A stretch of 64,000 bases of DNA, from NCBI RefSeq assembly GCF_041146345.1, contig NW_027191405.1, positions 124,001 through 188,000 of the forward strand. Direction: 5' to 3'. Below the pieces are notes generated by a model, which was given only the letters and a program-made list of their open reading frames with translations, did not search any database and was not told the origin of the DNA. The DNA is from Neodothiora populina (taxonomy: Eukaryota). This document shows positions 1-12,152 of the stretch, in pieces. Made by a program: the position numbers and the translations under genes. Position 1 is the stretch's first letter, and every line of letters begins with the position of its first letter.

Positions 1-210
1 TTCCGTTCTCGTCGCCCAGTAGGGTGTAGTGAGTTGATGTCACAGCTGGGGAAACATTTTCTTCGTCTCAGACTGTCAGCTGGCAGGATGAAGTGGCTAA
101 CAACAGCAGTGGACCAGTGTAGCCACATCGTCCACGGTGATCAAGTCACGTGAGTTCAATTAATAGAACCCATCGCCATCAGATGAGAGAAAATATCAAA
201 ACTTAGAGCT

Positions 211-717
211 TCACGTCGTAGCACTTTTGCGCCGAGTCCTCTCCTCTCTCTTGGCCTCTTTCTTCATTCTCCATCGCTTCAAGAGTGAAGACTTTTGCGA
301 TTGCCCTGCGGTTGGAGAGTGTTCTTCCAATGTCCTCGTTCCGAACCATCCAATCAGCGTCTGTGAGGTGTTGTCAGGCTGAACGTATTTCTTCTCTTCA
401 GCCCAGGCGCGAAGAGCATCCAGATAAGCAGCTTCGCTTGGGAACCCCTTGTAAGAGCGCGTCTCAGCCGTTCCACTGTCTATCGATGCACGACGACCGA
501 GTAGTGTGGTCGATGTCAATTGGGAGCTGATTGAGGACGACGAAGACCTTCCGTAATTATGCATCAAATCTTCTTCGCTCACTAGTAGAGTGTGCTCGGA
601 AGAAGTATCGCCCCTGATGGTGTTGCTGGATATTGAACCCTCTCGCTCTCGCTCTGCAATAGGCGAATTGTATTGGCCTTCATTTGGCTGCGCGCGATTG
701 TCCATTGTCTCGCGCAT
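211..717 (-). CDS. Small fungal hypothetical protein (Ser-rich N-half, more structured C-terminal segment SEAAYLDALRAWAEEKKY, basic tail)
   Basis: 168-aa ORF with protein-like C-terminal half. Start is uncertain (Met at 717 or 702, or an upstream exon; a GTAAGA donor-like site lies near 757). Confidence 0.55.
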   Translation of the reverse strand: MRETMDNRAQPNEGQYNSPIAEREREGSISSNTIRGDTSSEHTLLVSEEDLMHNYGRSSSSSISSQLTSTTLLGRRASIDSGTAETRSYKGFPSEAAYLDALRAWAEEKKYVQPDNTSQTLIGWFGTRTLEEHSPTAGQSQKSSLLKRWRMKKEAKREERTRRKSATT

Positions 718-2749
718 CGGTGGATCTTGTTCAATAGAGGTGCTGGGTATATCTTACCGACCTACAAATAGATGACTGATATATGAAAAGGAAAGAGAAG
801 AAGAAAGGCCTACTTATGATGATGATGATTGTACTACGTTTCAACCCCAGAAAGTCTAATGAATCACAAAATGTTACAGAACTACAAGAAAATCTCAGAA
901 TCGATATTATCGCTGCGGTGTACAAAGTTCCTCCCTCACGTCCACAGACGACCAATAAGCATAATGTTTGACAACATGTGGTTGGCTGAAGAAGGTATGG
1001 ATCGACATCGTGCTTCGTCCTGAAAGGTTCAGTGGAAGATGCTATGGCTTGGCGGTGGCGCATTCCAGAACTATGGCTGATCGCACAGCGATACAGTAAA
1101 TATTCGTTTTTTATCGACGGAGGCCTTACATGCAAATGGGTTTCGTGAGATGGACCGCCCACTGCTGTACGAAGGGGGCGAGTCAGATCCTCACATATCT
1201 GAGGCTCGAATTCTACGAGATCGCCTTATCATGCTGTGCGGTCTCACAACCATGGACGTAACGTAGAGCGGACTGGTTCGATTCTGACATGGCATACTGG
1301 CATCCGCAATGACCACTTACGGGCCGATCTTGAACCTCTATAGGCCTCGACTTTACCTGACAATTCTATGAAACTCAGATAGCTACGGATATGTGTACTC
1401 AAAACACGAATGGTCAAGTCCTGCATGTGCGGAGAAAGCTCCATAGGGACAGGGTCGCCCTCGGGATCTTGCTCTCCGAAGTATACATATTCTCGCTTAC
1501 AGTGCGGGTGACCTACTGTAGCAATAGTTATAGTTCCAAGATAAGGAAGTGACCACTATAGGACAAAACCTCCTACGGTTCTCATCAATCAAGAGAGCTC
1601 AAGCTTTAGCTCGAGCTTGTACCGAAACATAGGCAAGCACCACTCACACGAGGCCCCACGCACACTTGATGCAGGTGAAGCAGCACAACACACACAAAAG
1701 CGAGATCTAAATCCTCGAAATGCAAGGCTTCCGTCAGAACTTCCGAATGCTATAATCTAAGTGATACAGGACCGCCTCCAAACAACGCATGCCTTAGTAG
1801 GCTGGAGTCATTGCCCCACATCTTCTCCCCTCCTTACTGCTAAAGCCTGTACTACAGTACATCTAATTAAAGTATGCATGAAGGCCAGAAGAGAAAGACA
1901 GAGGACGACACAAATAAGAAACCAAATGCGCGAGACACGCCCGACAATTCCCCAACCAAACACCTTAAGCACTTGTCCCCCACAAAGGCAAGACTCTAGA
2001 GCCAAAGACCACGAGGAGAGAACCACATGTACTTTCTACCTCACCCACCTACTTCTCCCACCATCTACCGTGCTGTGCCGTGCATGTGCACCTATTTTAC
2101 GCGCGCGCAAGAGAGCGTGTGTGTATGCCTTTTCCGTGCTGTGGTCGAATCAAGCCTCTCCAGACGCACGAGAGCAAGGAAACAGAGTTTAGGAGAAACG
2201 GTAAAGGACGAAAGTCAATCCCGCTCCGCGCGGACTTTAATGCAAGGTGGGGTGGGGTTAGAACGGGAGGGGAAAGGGAGTTGGGGTAAATCCGTGGAAA
2301 CAAAATGCAGGGAGGGGAAGAGTCAGCTGGGAATTTCATTGGCTTGCTTTGCGCAATGATTGTCGTCGCGTCTTCGAAGCTGTTTCTTGTGTATTCTTCG
2401 CTGCAGCTAGGTGCGTGTAGCTGCAGGTGGTCTCTCTGGACCATTATACTGTTTCGGGTTGCATGTGTCTGCGATCCTGTGTCGAACGAGTCATTGAAAT
2501 AGCTCCCCCCTGTACTCGGCTTGTGCGGGGCAAACAGACGCTGGCCGATCTACTATGTGTCTGTTGTGGACAGAACAAGGCAATCACTACACGAAAATAA
2601 GGAAACAAAACAAGTTGCGGAAAAATATATTTGGATTCGTGTACTATTTACAACCCTGTGCGAATCCCTGTCTTTGCAAAAAGTGCATCAGGTGTTATGT
2701 TTCTCATTAAACAAGCGATGCGCACTCCGTCCAGCGTATCTGCACATGC

Positions 2750-4108
2750 TTATTTCTTCTCGCGCTGACCGTAAGCCTTGGTGGCGTAGTCACCCTTGTA
2801 GACGATCAAGTCCTGAGGGTTGTAGTCCTCGCGGCCAGAGAAGTAAGAGTCGAGAATGGCCTTGGTGCCGGCGGCGTATCTGGCCTGGGCATCGAGGGAG
2901 GTACCGGACATGTGAGGAACGGTAGCGTTACCGCCACCCCAGGTGGTGTAGGATGCGTAACGCAGAGGGTGGTCCTTGGGAGCGGGCTGGACGTCCCAGA
3001 CGTCACCACCGTATCCACGGAGCTGGCCAGACTTGAGAGCCTCGGCGACATCCTCCTTGACGACGATGGCGCCACGGGCGGTGTTGATGAGCCATGAACC
3101 TGTTTGATGCGATTAGTTTGTTTGCAGAGAATAAAACGAACGAAAGAAACCCACCCTTCTTCATCTTGGAGATGAGCTCCTTGTTGAAAAGTCCCTTGGT
3201 GGACTCGTGGAGAGGACAGTTGATGGTGACAACGTCGCACTGGGCGAGCATGTCCTCGAGCTTCTCAACACGGCGGCAGCCAATCTCCTGCTCCTTCTCG
3301 GGAGAAAGGGGCTGGTAGTCGTAGTAGAGGAGCTCCTTGCAGTCGAACGCCTTGAGTCTGCGGAGGACACGCTCACCGATACGGCCGACAGCGACGGTAC
3401 CGACGACCTTGTTCTCGAGGTCGTACTCGTTCTTGGCGACAGCGGCGACGTTCCAGTCACCGCGGGCAATCATTTCGTGAGAAGGAACGAAGTTACGGAC
3501 GAGGGTAAGGATGGTCATGATGACGTGCTCAGCGACGGAGACGACGTTGGAGCCAGTGACCTCGGCGACGGTGATACCGCCGTTGGTCTTGTTGGCAGCG
3601 TTGAGGTCGACGTGGTCGGAACCGATACCAGCAGTGACGGCAAGCTTGAGGTTCTTGGCCTTAGCAAGACGCTCAGCGGTGAGGTAACCGGGGTGGAAAC
3701 TTGAATTGAGATTAGTTTTAGATTTTGTTCTAGATGTACATCAAAAACTTACGGAGTGGTGATGATGACCTCGGCGTCAACAAGGTGCTTGTCCATGGTG
3801 GAGTCAGGTCTGTCCTTGTCCGAGGTGGTGACAAGTTCGTGTCCCTGAGACTCAATCCACTGCCTCAGACCGAGCTCGTTCTCGGTGGTTCCGAGAAGCT
3901 TGGGCTCCTGGAGAGCGTGCTCACCACCATCGTAGAGAACGAGAAGAACCTTGCCCTGTTGCGAGGAGGTCGCGGTCAGTGTTCTGATAGCACCGGTTTG
4001 ACGAATGGCATTGAAGGGAGAAGAGGCAAGGCGAGGAGCCACAGGGCTCGCACGCAATGAAGCCGCGGCAGGGCGAATGAAACGAGATGCAGAGCGAGTA
4101 AATACCAT
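2750..4108 (-). CDS. FDH1: NAD-dependent formate dehydrogenase
   Basis: Motifs [62 protein letters not shown] introns at 3700-3752 and 3100-3154; optional in-frame intron 3956-4105; TAA at 2750-2752. Confidence 0.97.
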
Positions 4109-7032
4109 TTTGGAAAAATAGAGAAAGAGTTGATGGGATAGAGAGAAAAGTGAGGACGGAGGCGGATGTTATATGCGAGAGCTGGAAGCTGTTGAAACGT
4201 CACCAGGAGTTAGCCATTCTGGGGTAACGGAAGTAATGTGAGATAAAGTTGGTAAATTGCACGCCAGCACTTAGCCGAGACAGCTCCAGAACTATCCCAA
4301 AAGGCAATGTCGCGGATCGATGACAGTTTTTGGAACAGGGGGGTTTGCTGCGGCTGGTGCTGTCGCTGGTGCTGCATGGAAGGCTCGGTAGAGTTGGGTG
4401 ATTGGGTACGTGGTATGTTTTGACTTACTGTGGCGTGAGTTACAACCGTAATATAATCCGGCACGTTTCGGCTGGATTGATATGATGTTATGTAGGAGGG
4501 TCTGAAACGAATATCTTCTTGAAGAATGAAAAAGGACGACTAGGAGGGGCAGAGCTGCCATTCTTATACCGCAACAGGATATCCATGTTTGCCATCGCTC
4601 GCCTTTTCCTCGTCTTACCTGTCTCTCCGCTTTGTGATCTACCACAGTGTACAGAGATACCCAAATCCACATGAATGTGAGCTGGTGCTTCCGCGATGTT
4701 ACGGTAAAGCTATGTGGTGCGGCACCGCCCTTGTCGCTAGGGAGCCCTTAGTGATGGCGTGTAGTCTCACGCACTGACGTCAAAACCCCACTTCCCACTT
4801 CCGTCAATCATTGCACTTGACTCTGCCAGATCGAGAATCTTCGCGATTCATTTACCCAATTTGCATTCACGCGAATTCGATGATTAGCTAATTCCATTCT
4901 TCGAATCTGTTCTCGTGTGTCAAGCAAGAGTACCATCTTCCAACGGGATCCGTCCAAGTCGCAAGACGAAAGAGGGGTGGGCGTTGACCGTCGTACCCAA
5001 AATCCGGCCATAACTCCATGGGCCTTAGCTCCTCAAGCTTTCCCCACATCCGGCCGCGTAGTCCCGAGAAGCATCGCGAGATGACCGAGAGAAAGGCGAA
5101 ACCCTAACCTGCAAGTGATTTCAAACACTGCAGAGGCGTCTGATAACTCGCGCACTTTCGGGCGATGTTCGGTGAATGCCATCTATCATCGACAGGCACC
5201 GGCGGCCGAGTATCGCTCGCAGACGTGCAGCGAGAACACGTATTATTGTCTCAATCGTTCTACAGAGAGGGGGCGAAAGTGCGAGGCTGTGTAGTGTACG
5301 GTCGCAACTCGGGACCGAGGTGTTTTGCTTAATTTCCATACCTTGGCCTACTGGACGACATGTCCTTCCCGCGCTTCGAGCCTCGATTAGGTCACCGAGT
5401 GCGGCGGACACATGTTCTTCAGCTGAACCAGTGCTTTCCCCCTTCCAGCAAAGTGGAGTCGTGTTTCTGGAACTCTCTCATCGCCTGTGTGCCTGCAAGG
5501 TACAGTAATCGCCTTGTATAGTATCGTACCACATTGCTGCGCGTGTATTCCGCCCTCCCATGAGTTGGCAAAACGTACAATGCCGGGCGGCATGCTACGG
5601 AGCACCGTTTGGTTAATCATTGGTCATACTGCTTGTGCATGATTCAGAAGACGATTCGTCCTCGTTATTGACCTGCACGTCCTTTCCACCGGTATCCGAA
5701 CTTTGCAAAAGAAGAATGCTATACTTTACAGTAATGTCCTCATGACTTTAAGTCCAAGTCCTCCCCGATTCACTTTCCCTTAACTTCCTCCTTCTGCTTC
5801 TTATTGAGTTCTACCTTGATGGTCCGCAGCCCTGTCGTTCTCCTGTTCACAAAAGAAGAGCCCTCGACCTCAACATCGGTGCCTGCTCTTCTCAATCCAG
5901 CATATCCACGAGCGACAGCGGGACTGCAGTAATTACGTGAAGTGCAGATTGGCATCAGCACGCCATCGCCTCGGGATCTAGACTCTCGGAGCGCATCTTA
6001 CTTCCATCTCGCAAAAAAAAAGGCAATAAACAGCAATGAAAGACTCGGCCAACCACGGATCGAGCCGCATTCCGCAGGGACCCACGAGGCGGATCCACGG
6101 GGTGTATGCACTGTTCGCCTCTGAAGCGGCAGCTGTAGCAGTAGTACAGTAGCAGCAGTAGGTCTAGTCGATCCACAAGTCTAAAGTAGACGTCCCTTCT
6201 TTCGTGAAGACACAGTACTACCGTCGTAGTAGACTAGCATCGAAGAAGACCAGTGGAAAAGACCTAAACAGTAGTAAGTGATCATGGAATCGCTTCTCAA
6301 ATCAAACGCAGATCAATCCAGAATTTAAGCCTGTCCATTCATGATCAACGATGCTACTGCTTTCGTCCTTCTTACTGTCACGTCAAATTCCTAAATCGGG
6401 AGAGAAGCTCACATTGACCGCCTCTTGTTCGGAACGACGTTGCATTCAAAGTTACGAAGACGACACTCACCCAACCCGACCTTGAGTGAGCGTCCCCACA
6501 TGGCTTGTACTGTACGGAGTATTGTATTGTTGTCTCCACAGATGCGTTGCTTAGTACAAAGTACAGTACGTTTTCTTCCTAAATAGTGGAACGGACTTGA
6601 CTTTTACTGGACTTGTGCTAGTCAGCTGGCTGCAGAAGCTATACTGCTGATATCAGAGAAGGTATTCTCGTACATCATGTTGTTACTAATCACTACCTTA
6701 GCCTTACCTTGCTGTCCTCCGTCTAATCATGGAATCCCGTTCGGCGTGGGAGAATGCGCCGTTTCCATCGTGCTCCCACACTGCCGATATATCTCATCAG
6801 TGTGTGTTACAGAAACTTTCCCCACGCTCTCAGGACGGTCCACCTCACCGCTTATAACTTTCGAGAGGACGGTCAAGAGGAGTCGCTTCCGTCTCCATTA
6901 AAGTAGTCGTAATCATAAGTATCCAGCTATATGTATGTCAAAGTAAGAAGCGCCAGCAGCCAGTCCGACCCATCCCAGCCCAAGTTCAGTCAGTCGTTGC
7001 ATCGAAGGCATAAACAATACTCTACTACGGAC

Positions 7033-9770
7033 TCAACTGCCAACACCACCTCCTCGCTCTTTAACAGTCGTCTTGTCCAGCTTCTCCACCTTGCGACTGA
7101 GTAGTTGTCTCAATTCAGGAGTGATGACTTTCTCTTTTTCTGTTTGCGTGGTGGGTGCAGTAGGTGTATTGTTAGCCGCATTGCCCGATGAAGAGGCAGA
7201 CGATGATGATGCCGTCGGAGGGGTAGGGAGTTGATGCGGCTTCCTTTGTCGGACATTACTTGGCGTGGGGAAATTGTGTTTCCGATCTATTGCTTCGACA
7301 GTGCGCTGGAATCTGCGGAACAGAGCTTCGGCGCGGACGAGAGTGGACTGCAGATCAATCGTGCCGGATAGCTCGTTGACTATGGCATTGGTCAGTATTG
7401 AGTGTGATTCGAGAAAAGAGTGGAGCTGCAATCGTACCATATTTCAGAACCTCGTCAAAGCCCTTCAAGTGCTCCATGATGACATTCCTATGCTTTTCCA
7501 GTATGGCGACAGCAATAAACAGATGGAAGTTGCTGCTGAGGTAATCCGTCCACAGACCTTCCCATAGGCGGAGCACATCCGGCCACTCAAACTCACGCTT
7601 GTACCAAACGAGCAACATGCGGAAGAAAAAGAAAAAGTTTGTGCTGTCGACTTTTTGCAGATGTAGGTACAGCTTAGGGTCGAGCAGCTGAACGAGCTGG
7701 TCTAGCGTGGTGAGCTGTAGACGCATGCCAGACTGATCGCGAAGGAAGTTACGCTCCATGCGCTCCATGAAGCCAACAAATCCCCAAAAGGCGACAGCGT
7801 CGTCCTGTGTGACGGCATAAATGGGAGCGAGAAGATCACTCATGCCTTGAACATAGCCAAGATCGCGGTTGTATTCGTTGTAAGTCAACAACATGTCCTT
7901 CATCTGCTCAAGATGGACATTCGTGCCTATCTCGGCGAAAGGAGACGTGGGATCGGGATGTGGAATGTCCTCGCCCGCGAAGAGAGGGATATTCCGATCG
8001 GTTCGGTGTACGTCTTTTTCTATAGCAGACACCCCAAGGAATGGGTAAAAGTCAGATCATGGCCTCACGATGAGTCAAGGATGTTTTTTGCAAGAGGGGC
8101 TTACCTATTCGCATGCGCTGCTCCTTCCACCACTCTCTTTCTTCCAGCGTGCCCTGTTCGTCCATCAATCTCTCCCACCAAGCTCCCTTGAGCCGGATGT
8201 ACTCGTCTTGTAAGCTGTTCATCTTGGCCTTGCGTTCGTCCTTTGTGCTGTCCCAGGCGTAGACCTCGAGCAAGAACAACCAAGCTTCCTTCCGGACGCC
8301 GTCTTGGGCATCGAGACCACCATGGAAAATACGCTCTTTTGCTTCATCGGGCGTGACTGTCAGACGGCCGAACTGGGAGTCGAACCATCCGTCCCATTCC
8401 TTTTTCGTCACTGGCTTCCTCTTCTCGGCAAATGAGAGATCGTTGGTCATGTCCAGAATCTCGAATTCGCCGAGCTCGCTCTCCTCAGACTCGAGCATGT
8501 CTTTGGCGGTCCAGATGCGCTGGTTGCGATCACGCTCGCTCTGCTCTGCAATTCCCATGGCCCATCTCGCCAGATAGATCCTCGCGCTGTCGAATTCTTC
8601 TTGCACCGTCTGGACATCGGGGTTCTGTAGCAGGCGTCTAAGCTGCGGAGGAAGGTTCTTGTGTTCTGCGGCAGCCTGGGCGGTTCTTCTGGTAAAGGTG
8701 GTGACTTGACTGAGCTTCTCGAGGAAGTTCCATCTGGCCTCCTTGAGTGCTTTGGTCAAGGGATCCATGCCGCCGTCTCGTTTCTGTTGGTTGTCACCCT
8801 CTACAGCACCGCTCTTGCCCTCCAATGCTCTTGCAACCTTTTCAGGAGTGGGTTTGCCTCCAAAGCTCTTCTTGTCGTCGGGTGTAGGGTCGACGAGGTA
8901 GATGTTGGGTTCGGCCGAGTTCTCGATTTTGACGTAGCGTTTGAGCCATCTCAGAACTTCGTCGCCGCCCCAGAACATGCTTCCCTTGGCGTCGAAGGGA
9001 TCGAAGCTCTCTCTTGCCAGGCGTTTGCGTTGTAGGATGGTAGATTGACACTCGGTGTCGTGGAAGAAGAGGGCGGGGAAGCTGTCTCCGGCGCGGGTGT
9101 TTATGACAAGACTACCGAACCACCATCCAATGCTGGGCGGTCGGACGAGCAGTGAATAGACCTCGCTGATCGGTACAGCAAAGGCGTAGGAACCGGCCGA
9201 GCTGCCGTTGGTGGCGATTGGCGGCGGCTGGACGAGGAAGGATTGTTTGGGAGGCGAGTCACCGTCGGAGAGATCGACTTTGACATAGGTATCGTACTCA
9301 TCTTTGCCCAACGATGTCTCTGGTAGCCAGGCTAGTAGCAACGACGACGATTGTGCATGGGGGTCCTTGGAGGAAGAGGCGGTTCCGGCGGATGCTGCTG
9401 CTGGTGCTGCTGGTGCGGAAGAGGAAGCCGTGGGTGGATGAGAAGGAGACGCCGACTTTTGCTGGATGAGAGCAATGAAGCCCGGGATATTGTCCTTTGC
9501 GGACGGCGTAGGATGTACATATACCTGCCTTCGATCAGCTCTGTTCTTGCTACAAGTGGTAGCTTCATCCAGGACTGAAGCTTAGCTACCACACATGACG
9601 ATGCAACCAACCTTGCTCTTAGTATACAGTAATTTGACGCCCTTGCCGCTCTTGGAGTGACGGATGGTATTGTACTCGCCCTCCTCGTCGTCACTCATAT
9701 CGTAGAATGAGGCCGTCGGGGATGGAGGGGAGGCTTGCTGAGTGGCGGTTTTGTCGCCAGACATGGTCAT
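7033..9770 (-). CDS. GYP7: TBC-domain Rab GTPase-activating protein (Gyp7/TBC1D15 family)
   Basis: VKLLYTKSKVYVHPT N-terminus, FPALFFHD, IEKDVHRTDR (Arg finger), YVQGMSDL (Gln finger). Introns 9525-9611, 8020-8104, 7380-7437. Start at 9770 or 9764. Confidence 0.95.
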
Positions 9771-10129
9771 AATCACATGCAAGAGTGAGATGGTCGTGGA
9801 CTGTGGGCGATTGTCTGCGACTGGGTGGGATGTAATTTGATGAAAAGTTATTCAATGTCTGTAGTATGATATCGACCAGCAGTAGATGGACTGAAGAGTG
9901 TCGAAGATGATGTGTTACAAAATGTGGAAGGTACGAGCATTAAGCAGGTGGTCATCTGCACTTAACAGGAAGGCGCCGCAGCAGCGGGGGAATGTGCCTG
10001 CCTTGGACTGGTCCGTGCACATAGTGTTACTGCCCTCTCTGAGCCTCAAAGAGATGGAGAGGTCTGAGCTTTATCTGTGCATCCGGTGACGTCTGCGGGG
10101 TAAACTCCGACATTTATTGATTTGTTTTC

Positions 10130-12152
10130 CTACGCCCAATCACTCTTGATCATGTCTGCAATCTTCTCTGCAGCAGCATAGAGGACACTGGTAGGATGTC
10201 CGTTGACTTCACCAGGCAAGATACTGGCATCGACAATCCTGAGCCCCTTGACTCCGTACACTCTCGCTCTGCAATCGACCACGCCACCTAATTCTCTAGC
10301 CAGCATTGGTGCGGTGCCGCAGCCATGATAAACCAAGCTCCCTGCCAAAGCCAGATAAGCACGCCATGCCTCAGCCGATGCATCAACAGGCAGAGCAGCG
10401 ATGCCAGGCACAAGTTCCTCGATGATTGTTGACGAGATGGGAGGTGCTGTGGTGTATAGATTTCGAGCAAACTTGCCCACGGCAATGGTTAAATCCAGAT
10501 CGAAATCTAAGGCGTAAAAGTTCGGATCTATTAATGGCTTTGATGAGTCCGCCGGATTCGCCTAGATGACAAGAACAGTCAGTCCGTTATTGGGTGCTGA
10601 TGACACATATAATTTCGAACGTCGAGGTGAAAGAAGCAACAAGACCTTGAAACTCACGTGTACAGAACCCTTGGACAAAGGTATAGTCGGCCAATAACCG
10701 ATGAATCCAGGCGCAAAGAGCAGTTCTGCGATTGGCACATTCTTGTCAAATATCAGGTCAAGCCGCACTCTGAGCAATTTCTCTTCTCCCGCTACGCTCA
10801 ATGCTCCGCCACTCGCATCGGCAATCTTCTGTGCATATGCTGGTATCTTGGCGCGAACACTTGCAGCAACAGCTGTGAGGTTGGACCCAAAGACATCGGA
10901 CGCCGTGACAAAACCATAGGTTGGTGCATCTGTCAAGGCTTCGCTGATGTTCGCCGGGGTCGTTGTGTTGTAGATCAAGGTGCCAAGGTATTGATCTTGC
11001 ATGTGGGAGCCGACTCCAGGAAGAGACACCTTGACCGGCACATCCAGACCTGACAGCACACTACAGATTCATGATCAGTTTGAAGATTCAAACCCGCGAC
11101 TCGCATGGCATCCTCACCTTGGGTTTCCGATACCCGACATTTCAAGAAGCGCCGGCGTCCTATATGTGCCAGTCGAAAGAATGATTTCGCGACGGGCGTA
11201 GATTGTCTTGTTCTCACCGCTTGCAGTGACGACTTCAACTCCTTTTGCAACGACTCCATGCTTGGAGTACGTCGTGTTGCCCGTTAAGTCGATCTTGCGA
11301 GCAGTAGTATAGGTGAAAACATGCAGGTTGGATCGATTCGTCACAGGCTCCAAATAAGCCCTGTTAGCGTCCTCCCTGACACCTCCTAGTGCCAGGTTGA
11401 ACTCCGAAGGATGCAGAAAGATGCCCTGCGGATATCCAGAATTGGGGTCTGCATTCCAGTGTAAACCTTTTTCTTGGATAGTCGCTTTGAGAGTGTTGGC
11501 CCAACCGTCTGCGTCGAGGTTCGGAGAGAAGCCCACATCTACAGGACCCTTGAAGCCATGGACATCTGGTATGTATGTTGCCCCTTGTACTTCTTGAGAT
11601 GCGGGAGGTATCTGGAAATGTTCACTTTTTCGAAAATAAGGAAGCAGCGAGTCCCATGTCCAACCCTCGTTTCCTAGGGTAGCCCAAGCATCAATTTCTG
11701 CGGCCGAGGGACGAAGATACACCATGCCTAGTGCTCTTTGTCAGAGTGCGGTTCTGCACAAGCACATACTGGCGACACATACCGTTAATGGCGCTCGTTC
11801 CCCCAAGACATCTTCCCGAGTGATACAGCTTAGTCTGATTGTTCATATACACCTGCGCAACAGTCGTATAGTTCCAATCCACAGGCGAAGCGCAAGCCAG
11901 ACAGTCTCCATAGATTGCTTCAACAGCAGGATTATCGAGTTGGGAGCCCCCAGCCTCTATGAGCGCGACAGAAAAATGTGCATCTTCGGATAACCTGCGC
12001 GCGAGCACAGTACCGGATGTTCCTCCACCGACGATTACGTAGTCGTAAGACGAGGAAGTGCTCTTCGATGATGATGAAGCACCTGCTGCACCGACGATCG
12101 TAGCGATCAAAAGAGAGCAGATGACTGCGCGCGCAAACAATACCCCAAACAT
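10130..12152 (-). CDS. Secreted GMC oxidoreductase (AA3_2, glucose oxidase/glucose dehydrogenase-like)
   Basis: Signal peptide, YDYVIVGGGTSG FAD motif, GGTSAINGMVY, C-terminal YHGCGT and NGHPT (His/His pair), RVYGVKGLRIVDAS. Introns 11728-11782, 11061-11117, 10562-10657 give an intact frame. Confidence 0.92.

Noticed and set aside
3207..3704. 165-aa antisense ORF over FDH
   Set aside because: Same codon-bias shadow in a biased gene.
4944..4956. CGGGATCCGTCC resembling part of fungal 5S rRNA
   Set aside because: Flanks do not resemble 5S rRNA; too short to be meaningful.
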